Positions 38,056 through 46,909 of a stretch of 64,000 nt of DNA are shown one piece after another. The notes beneath the pieces are model-generated. The model was not told the origin of the DNA. It did not search any database and was given only the letters and a program-made list of their open reading frames with translations. Location: the IMG/VR virus record IMGVR_UViG_3300031576_000038, positions 754 to 64,753 of that record; one strand, given 5' to 3'. The translations under genes and the position numbers were made by a program. Numbering within the stretch: the stretch's first letter is position 1; every line of letters starts with the position of its first letter. This DNA is from a virus.

Positions 38056-38934
38056 CTACGGTAGATACGACCCCGGCTTTGGTGGTGAAGGACTGAAGAA
38101 TTCTTTGCCAAGCACTTCGACGCCGAACGGCGGCGTCTTGCGTCCCGACCAGTTGGCTCCCATCTCATCGGCCACGGCCGGCATCTTTGTCTCCAGATGC
38201 ACACACACGATTTCAGCCAGCATGTGTCGGTGGGAGCGGTCAAACTGTAGCGTGAACAGCACGTCAGAACGCGCAGCGTCCGTGTGCTTCTCGGGATACG
38301 ACATCTGCTTTTTCCCCTGGTTCCACATCTGGAAGAATCCTATGGGCATCCAGCCGCCATAGAAGGCTTCTTTGTTGGCGATGCGAACGCCTACGGGGAA
38401 CGGACGAAGGTGGACGAAGATTTCGTTTTCATACTGCGCCGGCGGCGCATACAGGAACTTGAGCCACTCCAAAAAATCAGAGCACATCAGGCGGTCGATG
38501 GTGTACAGACCATCTTGGTCGAGGACCAGGTCGTTGATGAGTTCGCGAAAGCGCGGCGGCAACCAGATGTCTGCGTCCATATGGACAACCCAACCGTCGC
38601 CGTCCAGGGCCTTGAGCCCTTCGTTTATCATCGCGCCCTTGTTGAAGTCGGCACCTTCTTTGTAACAGGCATCCGTTACTACGCACTTTACGTGCCAGTA
38701 GCTGCATAGCTCCTGAGTGCGAATGTCTTTGGGCGTCGTGACAACTACGAGCCTATCGAATTGACAGCGATTAGCAGGAAGTGTCCACGCCAGGAAGTCG
38801 GAATAGTTCACGCAGACCACCACGGCCTCGATTTTCATTTTGCCGACCCTTCGTGCGAACATGGAGTAGATAGCTGCCGTGAGCAAGGGGACAACCCCTA
38901 TCAGCAGTGTCAGAATAGGCCACTCCACCATCAT
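38056..38934 (-). CDS. glycosyltransferase, GT-A fold, N-terminal membrane anchor
   Basis: DADIWLPP is a DxD motif. Paralogous to 58101-58907 (shared VCV.Y.D, HMDAD...LPP, YFQM blocks). Confidence 0.55.
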   Translation of the reverse strand: MMVEWPILTLLIGVVPLLTAAIYSMFARRVGKMKIEAVVVCVNYSDFLAWTLPANRCQFDRLVVVTTPKDIRTQELCSYWHVKCVVTDACYKEGADFNKGAMINEGLKALDGDGWVVHMDADIWLPPRFRELINDLVLDQDGLYTIDRLMCSDFLEWLKFLYAPPAQYENEIFVHLRPFPVGVRIANKEAFYGGWMPIGFFQMWNQGKKQMSYPEKHTDAARSDVLFTLQFDRSHRHMLAEIVCVHLETKMPAVADEMGANWSGRKTPPFGVEVLGKEFFSPSPPKPGSYLP

Positions 38935-38951
38935 GCCTTACCCCAAACGAA

Positions 38952-39024
38952 TGGCTCAGGTGGGATTTGAACCCACAGCATCACCCCGTCTCAGGGGGTG
39001 TGGTCTGCCGTTGCCTACCGAGCC
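38952..39024 (-). tRNA. tRNA-like gene (anticodon loop CTGAGAC, GAG; irregular D-arm)
   Basis: Perfect T-arm GTGGG-TTCAAAT-CCCAC and acceptor GGCTCGG/CTGAGCC with one G-U pair. Class I length. The D-arm pairs poorly, so this may be a pseudo-tRNA. Confidence 0.4.
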
Positions 39025-39170
39025 AAAATTGAGGGCCCAGACCGCCGGTACGCTGCCGTCAGTCGCGTCCGCTTATCCTACCACGTTCGTAGTTCTACGG
39101 ACGCTTCGCAGTCTCGCTCCACCTGGCAAGGGGACTCGAACCCAGCCGAGACTGTTCATGGGCCTTTGTT

Positions 39171-39788
39171 CTACAGGAACTCGTACTTGAGTATCTCGAT
39201 GTTGTCCATGATGGCACCCCACCCACACTCAGAGTGCGACGACGATTGTGAGCATGAACTGGATACGCTCACGGACGACTCATCATCCTTCCCCTTCTGC
39301 TCACGTTTGAACTGTCCGCATTGGCAGCCCTTTGCCATCAAGGTGTTGATGTCGCACGTGCAGCCCTTGGCCACAGGCTCCGGTTCTGGTGCCAAAAACT
39401 CACTGAGTTGGCCGGACCAACAGACCTTGAAGTCGTGATTGGGCTCGATGGCGAAAACCAGGTGGGTGCCTTCAATGCTTATCTGCGACAGGTCCGGCTT
39501 GGGACGCCCGTTTTTCGTGGTCATCCGCATTCCCAGCGCGACGAACTGCGAACTCATCTGCGCGACCTGCTTGGACGACAACGGCTGGCCATACAGTTCT
39601 TCGAGTTGGTGAACGGCGTGCGCCAGCACGTCCCATCGACTATCGCGAACATACTTCGCCGGCACTTCGCGCTTGGGCGGAAACAGCAAGTGCGGAAACT
39701 CGCCGCATTTGTTGCAGCGATTCAACCACCAGGGAAAGTGGCAGTTGCCGTGAATGTGTTTGCAGTTGGCGCAGTAGCAGTAGCTCAT
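39171..39788 (-). CDS. hypothetical Cys-rich protein
   Basis: Start at MSYCYCANCKHIHGNCHF overlaps the upstream stop as ATGA. Ser-rich C-terminus. Confidence 0.4.
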   Translation of the reverse strand: MSYCYCANCKHIHGNCHFPWWLNRCNKCGEFPHLLFPPKREVPAKYVRDSRWDVLAHAVHQLEELYGQPLSSKQVAQMSSQFVALGMRMTTKNGRPKPDLSQISIEGTHLVFAIEPNHDFKVCWSGQLSEFLAPEPEPVAKGCTCDINTLMAKGCQCGQFKREQKGKDDESSVSVSSSCSQSSSHSECGWGAIMDNIEILKYEFL

Positions 39789-40066
39789 CGCATTCGCTCC
39801 GGGATGCCATGATACATAGCTGCGTTCATGCCGATGCTGAGCACGCATCGCAGCCGGTCAAGAGCCAATGGCCTGTTGAAGCCGGAGGTCATCGCGCGGC
39901 GAGCGTCGGCGATGTATTGCTCCATCCACAGCAGCCACAATTCCAACGGCTTATCCTTGTCGGCCAGGGCGTCTGGCGCGTGCGAGACGCCGCAATCGAA
40001 CTGCTTGGCGAACTCTTGTTCGTGGCGGACAACCTTGCACACTTGCTCGAACGTCATCTTCGGCAT
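39785..40066 (-). CDS. hypothetical protein
   Basis: 93 aa ORF. Confidence 0.4.
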   Translation of the reverse strand: MPKMTFEQVCKVVRHEQEFAKQFDCGVSHAPDALADKDKPLELWLLWMEQYIADARRAMTSGFNRPLALDRLRCVLSIGMNAAMYHGIPERMR

Positions 40067-40069
40067 AGC

Positions 40070-40696
40070 TCATCCTTCCGTTTCAGGTTTGTGGTGGTCA
40101 ACAGGGACGAACTTTTTCTTTGTGTCCATGATGTGGACGACCTCGTCGAGAGAGTATGGAGTGTACCGCTCGTGGCCGAATAGGTTCGTGTCCACGCCAA
40201 TGTCCATCGACAGCGCATCCAAATTGTCGGCCAGGTGTCCGTGACTATGGCCATAGAGCATGATGCTGTTTTGGTTCTGCCAGGGCCAGGTCCTCATGGA
40301 GTAGTGGCACATCACGAACAACCGGTTGCTGAGCTTCTTATAGCTCAGTTCGCGAACATCTTTGAACAAGGCGCGATACTCGGCCGCGTCCTTGTTCTTC
40401 ATGGAGAAGATGTGGTCGTGATTACCGAGAATGAGATAGACGCTCTCACACGCTATCGCGGCCCGGACCTCTTTGAATCGTTCACGCCAGGCGAAGCCGA
40501 GACCAAAATCTCCCAGGTGGTAGAGGGTGTCGCACGCACGCACACGCTTGTTGATTTGTTCAATCAAGTAGGCGTCGTGGTCTGCAACCGATGGGAAGTC
40601 GCGGCAGGCCGTGGCTTTGTTCGGCCAGTCCGAGCAGGCGAGCACAATGTTCTTGTGACTGAAATGCGTATCACTCGTAAACCAAATGCGGCTCAT
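40070..40696 (-). CDS. calcineurin-like metallophosphoesterase
   Basis: FTSDTHFSH, GDFG, GNHD and GHSHG motifs. Confidence 0.7.
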   Translation of the reverse strand: MSRIWFTSDTHFSHKNIVLACSDWPNKATACRDFPSVADHDAYLIEQINKRVRACDTLYHLGDFGLGFAWRERFKEVRAAIACESVYLILGNHDHIFSMKNKDAAEYRALFKDVRELSYKKLSNRLFVMCHYSMRTWPWQNQNSIMLYGHSHGHLADNLDALSMDIGVDTNLFGHERYTPYSLDEVVHIMDTKKKFVPVDHHKPETEG

Positions 40697-40937
40697 CCCT
40701 GGCCTCCTTCGGCAGTACCGTTATTACGGTCTGCCGTTCCTTGTCGTAAACCACCCTGAGCATCTCGCCCTTGTAAACCACATCCCAATGGCTCACTCGG
40801 CGGCTTTGTTTCCAGACGAAGATTGCATCCTGGCCGGTCTGTATCTGACGGACCAGGGACTCCGTATTCATCGTTATCCCGTACCGTTCCATTGCCCGGC
40901 GTTTCGCATGGCGTGTCTGTGCTTTGGCCTTCGTCAT
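40671..40937 (-). CDS. hypothetical protein
   Basis: 88 aa ORF. Confidence 0.35.
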   Translation of the reverse strand: MTKAKAQTRHAKRRAMERYGITMNTESLVRQIQTGQDAIFVWKQSRRVSHWDVVYKGEMLRVVYDKERQTVITVLPKEARDEPHLVYE

Positions 40938-41093
40938 GTGACACCCTCAATCTGTCACCCCAGGCCCGCCAGCACTTCTGACACAGGTCATGACCAGGGA
41001 TGGAGTATGGCTGACGCGCTCTGGCCTTGCGGCTCCGCTTCTTGCCATAGCGCGGGAACGACACAGCTGGTCGGCCGCACTGCGAGCGCATCA

Positions 41094-42095
41094 TTAGACG
41101 GGCTCGAAAAGAGCGTCTTCGTTGCGCTGAGCGAAGTATTGACGAAGGTCGTCACGGAGCCGTGGCTTTTGCTCAGTCAACTGATAGAGGCCCTGGGTGT
41201 CACGATAGATGTCTGTGTATGGGTCGTACTCATTCTGGACGAGGATTTGCCAGCGGTCCACGTAGCGACGATTCTTCTTGTTGCCGTGCCAGTGGTGAAG
41301 GATGAGGCCCGGGACGTAGCCGACGTTGTACTTCAGCTTGAGGGCTCGATTCTCCCAGATGTCCAGGGCTTGCAAAAATGCCGGCGACATCTTCGGGTGA
41401 ACCGAATTGCGAATCTTGCCAAAGAGCCCGAAGGCCATATGGCGGTCATTGGCTCCGCAGATGCTTTGGTCAAATAGTCCGCCGAGCTTGTCGAGCGCGG
41501 ACCGACGCGCGGCCCAGGCGTAACCTGGATGCCCTACGGCCTGGTTGTAATACTCCAAGTCGGCCACGTCGAACTTCTTGTCCCAGCCGGCCCCGTTGAC
41601 CAAGTGGTAGCACATGGACTCTTGCACGCGGCAAGTGCCGCCGCCGAGGAGTTCGTAGTTGTGCGTCAAGTCCTGAGCATGGCTCCAGGGCTGGACCAGG
41701 TCGTAGTGCTGGAGCGCGTGAAGTGTGTCTTGAGCCCAGCGCGGGTTGACGAAGGTGATGTCGGCATCAATCCAAGCAATGTACTTGGCGTCGAGCGGCA
41801 GGCGATTGATGAGAAGATTCAGCCCGTTCTCTTTGTGCCAGAGAACATGGTCGGTACGAAGCTGAATGTCGTGAGAATTGTTCGGGTCGGTGATTTCAAA
41901 GCATCGACCACCGTTCTGGATTTCGCACGTGTACAGTTCGACGCCGGAGTCACGCATGTGCTTCTTGAAGCCTCGATACAATTCGTATCGCGTCCAGTAG
42001 CGGCGTGGGTTGACGATGACGGTAACAACATGCAGGCGGTCGGGGAAGGGCTTGAGCCCCTCGGTCGCCTGGGAGACATGGTCGATGGCATTCAT
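41094..42095 (-). CDS. glycosyltransferase, GT-A fold
   Basis: VVTVIVNPRRY and WIDADITFVNP carry a DxD motif. Start at MNAIDH. Confidence 0.5.
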   Translation of the reverse strand: MNAIDHVSQATEGLKPFPDRLHVVTVIVNPRRYWTRYELYRGFKKHMRDSGVELYTCEIQNGGRCFEITDPNNSHDIQLRTDHVLWHKENGLNLLINRLPLDAKYIAWIDADITFVNPRWAQDTLHALQHYDLVQPWSHAQDLTHNYELLGGGTCRVQESMCYHLVNGAGWDKKFDVADLEYYNQAVGHPGYAWAARRSALDKLGGLFDQSICGANDRHMAFGLFGKIRNSVHPKMSPAFLQALDIWENRALKLKYNVGYVPGLILHHWHGNKKNRRYVDRWQILVQNEYDPYTDIYRDTQGLYQLTEQKPRLRDDLRQYFAQRNEDALFEPV

Positions 42096-42301
42096 ACTTC
42101 CCTCTCTCTGTATTGTTTGGGGCGAAGCCGCTTCCAACTTTCGTGGTTAGGAAAGTATGGTAGCGTGATGTCATCGTAAATCGTGGGAAGACGGCGTCTC
42201 TTTCCTCGTGTGAACTGGTACTCCTCGGGTCGCGAGTTGCGACGACGCTCCTGAGTGGTTCGCGGGTTGCGCAACCAATGGTAGTTCCATTTGTGTCTCA
42301 T
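42092..42301 (-). CDS. hypothetical basic protein
   Basis: 69 aa ORF. Confidence 0.35.
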   Translation of the reverse strand: MRHKWNYHWLRNPRTTQERRRNSRPEEYQFTRGKRRRLPTIYDDITLPYFPNHESWKRLRPKQYREREV

Positions 42302-42382
42302 CGAATCTCCTTGTAAAGGCTAAAGCCCTTACAAGAAGACGGTAGCGAATGTGTTCATCTCTTATCATACCCTCGGAAGCAG

Positions 42383-42455
42383 TGTCCCCGGCAGGAATCG
42401 AACCCGCATCGCGACATTCGTAGTGTCGCATGTTCTCCGTTACACTACAAGGACA
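42383..42455 (-). tRNA. tRNA-Arg (anticodon ACG)
   Basis: Hand fold: acceptor GTCCTTG/CGGGGAC, D-arm GTGT-AACGGAGA-ACAT, anticodon stem CGACA/TGTCG with loop CTACGAA, T-arm GCGGG-TTCGATT-CCTGC. Confidence 0.65.
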
Positions 42456-42457
42456 TG

Positions 42458-42529
42458 AGCCCCCGCTGAGGCTCGAACTCAGCTATCCGGTTTACAGGAC
42501 CGGGACATCGCCATCAATGCTTCAGGGGC
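42458..42529 (-). tRNA. tRNA-Thr (anticodon TGT)
   Basis: Acceptor GCCCCTG/CGGGGGC, anticodon stem CCGGT/ACCGG with loop CCTGTAA, T-arm CTGAG-TTCGAGC-CTCAG. Position 33 is C, which is unusual. Confidence 0.5.
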
Positions 42530-42825
42530 GAACTTGGCATTGGTTGCTGCAATAAATACTCTCGGGACGCTTGCAGCGCTTGGCACAATGCCGACACTGC
42601 GATAAGTTCTGGTTTGACGTTTTCCTCAATCTCATCGTTGCTCAGTTCCGGCCCACACTGCTGGTGCTTGCACTTCACACCTTGCGTCCAGTATGGCCTA
42701 TCAATTGTCGCCGGAGTCTTGACGACCGGGCGACCGACGAAGCCGGCCATGTAAGCCGGCGGACACCACACCCGGCCGATGCCGGGAATCTGAATGTCCA
42801 CAGCGCCTGCGATGATGGTAATCAT
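42514..42825 (-). CDS. hypothetical protein
   Basis: 103 aa ORF. Its 3' end overlaps the tRNA 5' end by about 16 nt. Confidence 0.3.
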   Translation of the reverse strand: MITIIAGAVDIQIPGIGRVWCPPAYMAGFVGRPVVKTPATIDRPYWTQGVKCKHQQCGPELSNDEIEENVKPELIAVSALCQALQASREYLLQQPMPSSPLKH

Positions 42826-43013
42826 GTCTTCTCTTTTTCTTCAACTGGTTCTGGCACGACCGGCGGCTCCCATTGTGCGAAGGACCAGTCGCCGTACTTG
42901 ATGAACGTGTCCTCGTTGTGCCACACATGCCAACCAATGAAGTTGATGATGTAGGCTGCCAACAGCAACGGACCAATCAGCAGGAAGAAAGGCACAGTCA
43001 AGAGACGGTTCAT
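42822..43013 (-). CDS. small membrane protein
   Basis: Transmembrane helix FFLLIGPLLLAAYIINFIGW. Confidence 0.35.
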   Translation of the reverse strand: MNRLLTVPFFLLIGPLLLAAYIINFIGWHVWHNEDTFIKYGDWSFAQWEPPVVPEPVEEKEKT

Positions 43014-43022
43014 GTCGCTCTC

Positions 43023-43370
43023 CTAAAAATTGGGGTGACCGGTCGGGGTCGAACCGACACACTCCGGATTCACAGTCCGGCGCTCTACCATTGAGGCTAC
43101 GGTCACACGGTTATCATCGTACTTGGGCAAAGAGTCTATGTAGTCGTCAATGTCCTGGTCGGTTATCGGACTGCCTGCGTCGAACTTCAAAGACGTGTCA
43201 TCAGCGGTGAAGTCATAGAGCCGAAGCATTCTGCGGTTGCCAATCGCGAGCGTCGTATGAATGCTTTTCAGAACAGCAATCAACCAAAACAACTGGAACA
43301 CCAGGATGACCGGACACATCAAGATAAACAAGAGCCAGCCAAGAACAATCAGGTCGATGAGGTCATTCAT
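43023..43370 (-). CDS. membrane protein (ORF reads through the tRNA-His)
   Basis: Start at MNDLIDLIVLGWLLFILM. The last 27 codons overlap the tRNA, so the real C-terminus is uncertain. Confidence 0.3.
   Translation of the reverse strand: MNDLIDLIVLGWLLFILMCPVILVFQLFWLIAVLKSIHTTLAIGNRRMLRLYDFTADDTSLKFDAGSPITDQDIDDYIDSLPKYDDNRVTVASMVERRTVNPECVGSTPTGHPNF
43031..43106 (-). tRNA. tRNA-His (anticodon GTG), CCA encoded
   Basis: Acceptor GTGACCG/CGGTCAC followed by C and CCA. Anticodon stem CCGGA/TCCGG with loop CTGTGAA. T-arm GTCGG-TTCGACC-CCGAC. Confidence 0.6.
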
Positions 43371-43409
43371 AATAGGCCCGGTAGGATTTGCACCTACAAA
43401 CCACACGTT

Positions 43410-43880
43410 CTAAGCGTGTGAGGTATGCTGATTCCCTTCACGAGCCCGTTCTTGTTGGCTATGACAATTTGGGCACAGAAAACGAATGTTACTTGGCGAG
43501 TCATCTAGCCAGTTTCCATCTCTATGGTCTATCTCCAATGTCAGCGCTCTCTCTTGCCATAGGTGACCAAGTCCACATAGTTCACATTCGTAAAGTCGGC
43601 CACTCTCCAATAGCGCTCGTCGCAGTCTGTATGATTTCTCTCTGTGGCCAGTCTTTCGTTTCACTAGAAGCTTACGCCAAGGCACACGCTGATTACTGAT
43701 GCGACCCTTATTGTGGCCCTGGCCACTAAAATGCGACGTATCAATGCCGAAGTATTTTAGTCTCCTAGAGATGTGCGAATGGTTGCCGCCATTTTGCCTC
43801 AAGCCAAGATTACGCAATACCTGAGCAACCGAAAACGCCTCATCTGCCGCGCTTTGAAGTCTCTCTTTCGTATGTCTCAT
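43410..43880 (-). CDS. HNH endonuclease
   Basis: CELCG...HLWQ...LEIDHRDGN...LCPNCH. Confidence 0.65.
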   Translation of the reverse strand: MRHTKERLQSAADEAFSVAQVLRNLGLRQNGGNHSHISRRLKYFGIDTSHFSGQGHNKGRISNQRVPWRKLLVKRKTGHREKSYRLRRALLESGRLYECELCGLGHLWQERALTLEIDHRDGNWLDDSPSNIRFLCPNCHSQQERAREGNQHTSHA

Positions 43881-44461
43881 AGTTATCAGTGGAGGCGTCC
43901 GGTACTGCCCCGGAGTGTTGAGTGCCGTCAGAAATCGCGTCTACTATCATAGCCGGCTGTTTGAATCGTGTCGCCTTCCGCCTAACAATCCGGCAAGAAC
44001 TGTCGGTCGGCCAGCCTCATACTTACTTCCTGCTTACAGAGGCAGCAGGCTCGCACAGAACATCGTGGCCATAACCTTCGGGTACTTAGTCCTGACGCCT
44101 TCCCGAAGGCCAGGCGGCTAAGCCGCCATTGCAAACTGAGGAGCTTTGTCGGTTGACATTGCTGTCGAGTATTTACGTGGCCGCTCGACAAACCACGGAT
44201 AGCTGCGAGTAACCTATGTCACTCAGTCGAATCTGTTTCGCCCCCTATGAATGTGTGCCGGAATGCCCGGCACTTCACGCACCAATGTTCGACGAGCGGC
44301 TTGCCGTCGTCGGTGAACTGTCGAGCAACGTGCATCACACGCCAATGCGCACGATGACGCCACATGCACCAAAAGGTCCAAAGAAACTCAATCACGCTTC
44401 GCCTCCCAAATCAATGTAGAGGTCTTCAATGTCTTCATCTTTCATCCGGTTCCTTTCACAG

Positions 44462-44534
44462 TGGACTCGAAGGGAATCGAACCCTTCACACCAGGCTTGC
44501 AAAGCTCAGTCGCCCCCTTGGAACATGCGAGCCC
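44462..44534 (-). tRNA. tRNA-Ala (anticodon TGC)
   Basis: Acceptor GGGCTCG/CGAGTCC with a G3-U70 pair. Anticodon loop TTTGCAA. T-arm AAGGG-TTCGATT-CCCTT. The D and anticodon stems are weak. Confidence 0.5.
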
Positions 44535-44535
44535 A

Positions 44536-45378
44536 TTACTTCAGCCAATCGGCAATGTAGTCTTTCAGACTTCGCACTGGCGTCCAACCGAAGTCGTTTG
44601 TCGCCATTGAAAAGTCAGCGAGTGTTTCCCATGCCTCACCAGGCCGGCGAGGAATGAACTCGATTGGTCCGCCAAACATCTGTGCGACTTCCAGAATGGA
44701 ATAGTTCACACCGGTGCCAAGGTTGTATACTTGACCGCTGCCGCGCTGTTCGCTCATGGCAATCAAGCCACGAACAATGTCACTCACGTGGGTAAAGTCT
44801 CGACGCTGCTGGCCATTGCCGGTCACCGTCAGTGACTTGCTCTCACGCATCTGTTTTTCAAAGACGCCGATGACTGTGCTGTAGGCTCCAGCTTCAATCT
44901 GGCGCTTGCCATAGACATTGAAGAAGCGAGCAATCGTGGTGCTGACGCCGAACACCTTCGAGTACAGCCGACAGAGTTCTTCACCCTGCCACTTCGCGAA
45001 CGCATAGGGGTTCGCATAGATGTCGTGGTAGAAGGTTGACGACCCCGCATATACGACTCGGGCTCCCCATCCCCTGGCCATCTCCAGCACGTTGAGCGTG
45101 CCGTTGTTGTTGACGAAGAGTGTGCCCCAGGGGTCCGTGAAAGACATCTGGATGCGTGGTTGCGCGGCCAGGTGAAAGATTACATCTGGCACAAAGCCGG
45201 TCGAAGGCCAGACCCAATCAGTGACACAGCCCAGGTGGAACTCTGCCTTGCCATTCACATTGTCGAACTTACCCGTCGAGAGGTCGTCCAGGATGACAAC
45301 CTGGTCGCCTCGGTCGAGAAGCGCGTCCACCAAATGGCTACCAATGAAGCCCGCCCCACCAGTCACCAGAGCCTTCAT
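44536..45378 (-). CDS. NAD-dependent sugar epimerase/dehydratase (extended SDR)
   Basis: Start at MKALVTGGAGFIGSHL. Catalytic YAFAK is the YxxxK motif. Confidence 0.7.
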   Translation of the reverse strand: MKALVTGGAGFIGSHLVDALLDRGDQVVILDDLSTGKFDNVNGKAEFHLGCVTDWVWPSTGFVPDVIFHLAAQPRIQMSFTDPWGTLFVNNNGTLNVLEMARGWGARVVYAGSSTFYHDIYANPYAFAKWQGEELCRLYSKVFGVSTTIARFFNVYGKRQIEAGAYSTVIGVFEKQMRESKSLTVTGNGQQRRDFTHVSDIVRGLIAMSEQRGSGQVYNLGTGVNYSILEVAQMFGGPIEFIPRRPGEAWETLADFSMATNDFGWTPVRSLKDYIADWLK

Positions 45379-45485
45379 ACCTGTCCTCCTATCACAATTT
45401 GGCGAGCCGCTTGCACTCCGCACAGCAGCGAGCGGCCCTGGATATGCGGTCCAGGGTGGGTCTCCGTCTGCCCACCACGCCAAAG

Positions 45486-45560
45486 TAAGGGATGCAGGAT
45501 TTGAACCTGCGTTCTCGACCGTCCGAGGGTCGCGACCACTCCTGGCTGGTCCAATCCCTT
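45486..45560 (-). tRNA. tRNA-Pro (anticodon CGG)
   Basis: Acceptor AAGGGAT/ATCCCTT. D-arm GACC...GGTC. Anticodon stem CGACC/GGTCG with loop CTCGGAC. T-arm GCAGG-TTCAAAT-CCTGC. Confidence 0.6.
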
Positions 45561-45607
45561 GTCACACCAGGCTTATAGCCAGGTCCTGCCCTTTTGCAAG
45601 GGCATAT

Positions 45608-45678
45608 TCGGAGAAGGTGGAGTTGAACCACCGACCGATGCTTCCAAGGCACCGATGATACCGTTTCAACATTCTCCG
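45608..45678 (-). tRNA. tRNA-Pro (anticodon TGG)
   Basis: Acceptor CGGAGAA/TTCTCCG. Anticodon stem GGTGC/GCATC with loop CTTGGAA. T-arm GGTGG-TTCAACT-CCACC. The D-arm is weak. Confidence 0.5.
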
Positions 45679-45682
45679 TTTG

Positions 45683-45910
45683 TCATCCAAGCTGGTCTTC
45701 ATTGAACCAGTTCGCCGCCAGCACTTTCTCAGCACCATATCCGTCCGGATGGATGTACCAGACGTAGTGACTCAACGCTCCCGGGTGACAGTCAAGTAGG
45801 TAACGCGGTTTGCCATCATTGCCATACAGGTCAATGAGCACAATCGTGCCAGTAAAACCTGGATGAGGCAGCACATCAACTTCTTGACGAAGAGCAAACT
45901 TGTGAGTCAC
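45683..45910 (-). CDS. hypothetical protein
   Basis: 75 aa ORF between tRNA genes. Confidence 0.4.
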   Translation of the reverse strand: MTHKFALRQEVDVLPHPGFTGTIVLIDLYGNDGKPRYLLDCHPGALSHYVWYIHPDGYGAEKVLAANWFNEDQLG

Positions 45911-46006
45911 GCATCACCGTCTTTCACAAAGCACCGGGCCAGTGAGTCGAACACTGATAGCGAGGTTCAAAGCCTCGCGTCCTGCCGTTGAACGAGCCCG
46001 GAGTGA

Positions 46007-46126
46007 TTACTTTTCTCCAGTGTACCGAGCCTCACATGCGTTGCAACGATACTTCAAGTCGCCAACCTTGGTGAACACATTGCATCCGCATTCACAGCGG
46101 AAGCTCTTGCCGTTTATGAAACACAT
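46007..46126 (-). CDS. small zinc-ribbon peptide (39 aa)
   Basis: Reads MCFINGKSFRCECGCNVF...CNACE. The longer ORF form would overlap tRNA-Gln. Confidence 0.2.
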   Translation of the reverse strand: MCFINGKSFRCECGCNVFTKVGDLKYRCNACEARYTGEK

Positions 46127-46137
46127 CACTTGCTCAG

Positions 46138-46209
46138 CAGAGGCAGCCGGAATCGAACCAGGCTTCTCATCGTTCAGAGCGATGGGTCCTGCCATTGGAC
46201 GATACCTCC
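46138..46209 (-). tRNA. tRNA-Gln (anticodon CTG)
   Basis: Acceptor GGAGGTA/TGCCTCT. D-arm GTCC-AATGGCA-GGAC. Anticodon stem CATCG/CGATG with loop CTCTGAA. T-arm CCTGG-TTCGATT-CCGG. Confidence 0.6.
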
Positions 46210-46212
46210 AAT

Positions 46213-46245
46213 AAAAAAAGCGGCCTTTGAGGGGCCGCTTTGTAT
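46213..46245 (-). terminator. rho-independent terminator
   Basis: Minus strand AGCGGCC-cctcaa-GGCCGCT followed by TTTTTTT. An A-run on the other side makes it potentially bidirectional. Confidence 0.55.
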
Positions 46246-46347
46246 GCAGTTACGCGCGTACCTCTCACTTGTCCTTGATTGTCGCAGGGCGTTGGTGCAG
46301 GCGCGGGAGTGGCAGAGATAGCTTGCTCATGACTGATATTACACCGA

Positions 46348-46674
46348 CTACTGTCGTTCTTCCCAATGTTTCTTGCGATGGCAGTTCGCACATAACGTGT
46401 CGCATTTACCAATCTCGGCCAGGATGACCGACCAAGGTCTTCCGTCTGTTGCTAAGTCGCTGACTTCAGCAATCTTTGTCGCTGGGTCGCGATGATGAAA
46501 GTCGATACACGCCTCATGGCTTTCGCCGCATACAACACAAGGATGTGTTCGACGATACTCTCGAACTTTCTCTCGCAACCCATCGCGGCGAGCGCAGACC
46601 TGGGCTATCTTACGTTCCTTATTGCTCGCGTAATGCTCTTTGAAGTAGAGCGTTCGTTCTCTTCGTTTTGTCAT
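46348..46674 (-). CDS. HNH endonuclease
   Basis: CVVCGESHEACIDFHHRD...CANCHRKKH. Confidence 0.6.
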   Translation of the reverse strand: MTKRRERTLYFKEHYASNKERKIAQVCARRDGLREKVREYRRTHPCVVCGESHEACIDFHHRDPATKIAEVSDLATDGRPWSVILAEIGKCDTLCANCHRKKHWEERQ

Positions 46675-46833
46675 GAATGGTTGGCGATGTCACTCTCTTG
46701 GGTCATAATCGTCTGGCTTCCACCAGTCTGCTGGGTCTCGCTGCTGAGCAGGAGAAGGTTCCTTCATCCACCTTGCAATCAGGTGGTGAACAATGACGCC
46801 GGTCAAAAGGCCAATGAGGAAGTTCGCCATAAG

Positions 46834-46909
46834 AGCACCCGGAGGAAGTTGAATCCTCACCTTCGGTTTGGAAGACCGACATGCTGAGACCGTTGAACAC
46901 CACGGGCGC
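46834..46909 (-). tRNA. tRNA-Gly (anticodon TCC)
   Basis: Acceptor GCGCCCG/CGGGTGC. Anticodon stem TCGGT/ACCGA with loop CTTCCAA. T-arm GAGGA-TTCAACT-TCCTC. The D region is slightly long. Confidence 0.45.

Noticed and set aside
38879-39190. ORFs translating through tRNA genes: 38879-39190 plus strand, 46703-46903, 59433-59657 and 52183-52386.
   Set aside because: The sequences fold as tRNAs or tRNA-like RNAs. The translations show the typical tRNA-derived peptide look (GFEPT, GSTPT).
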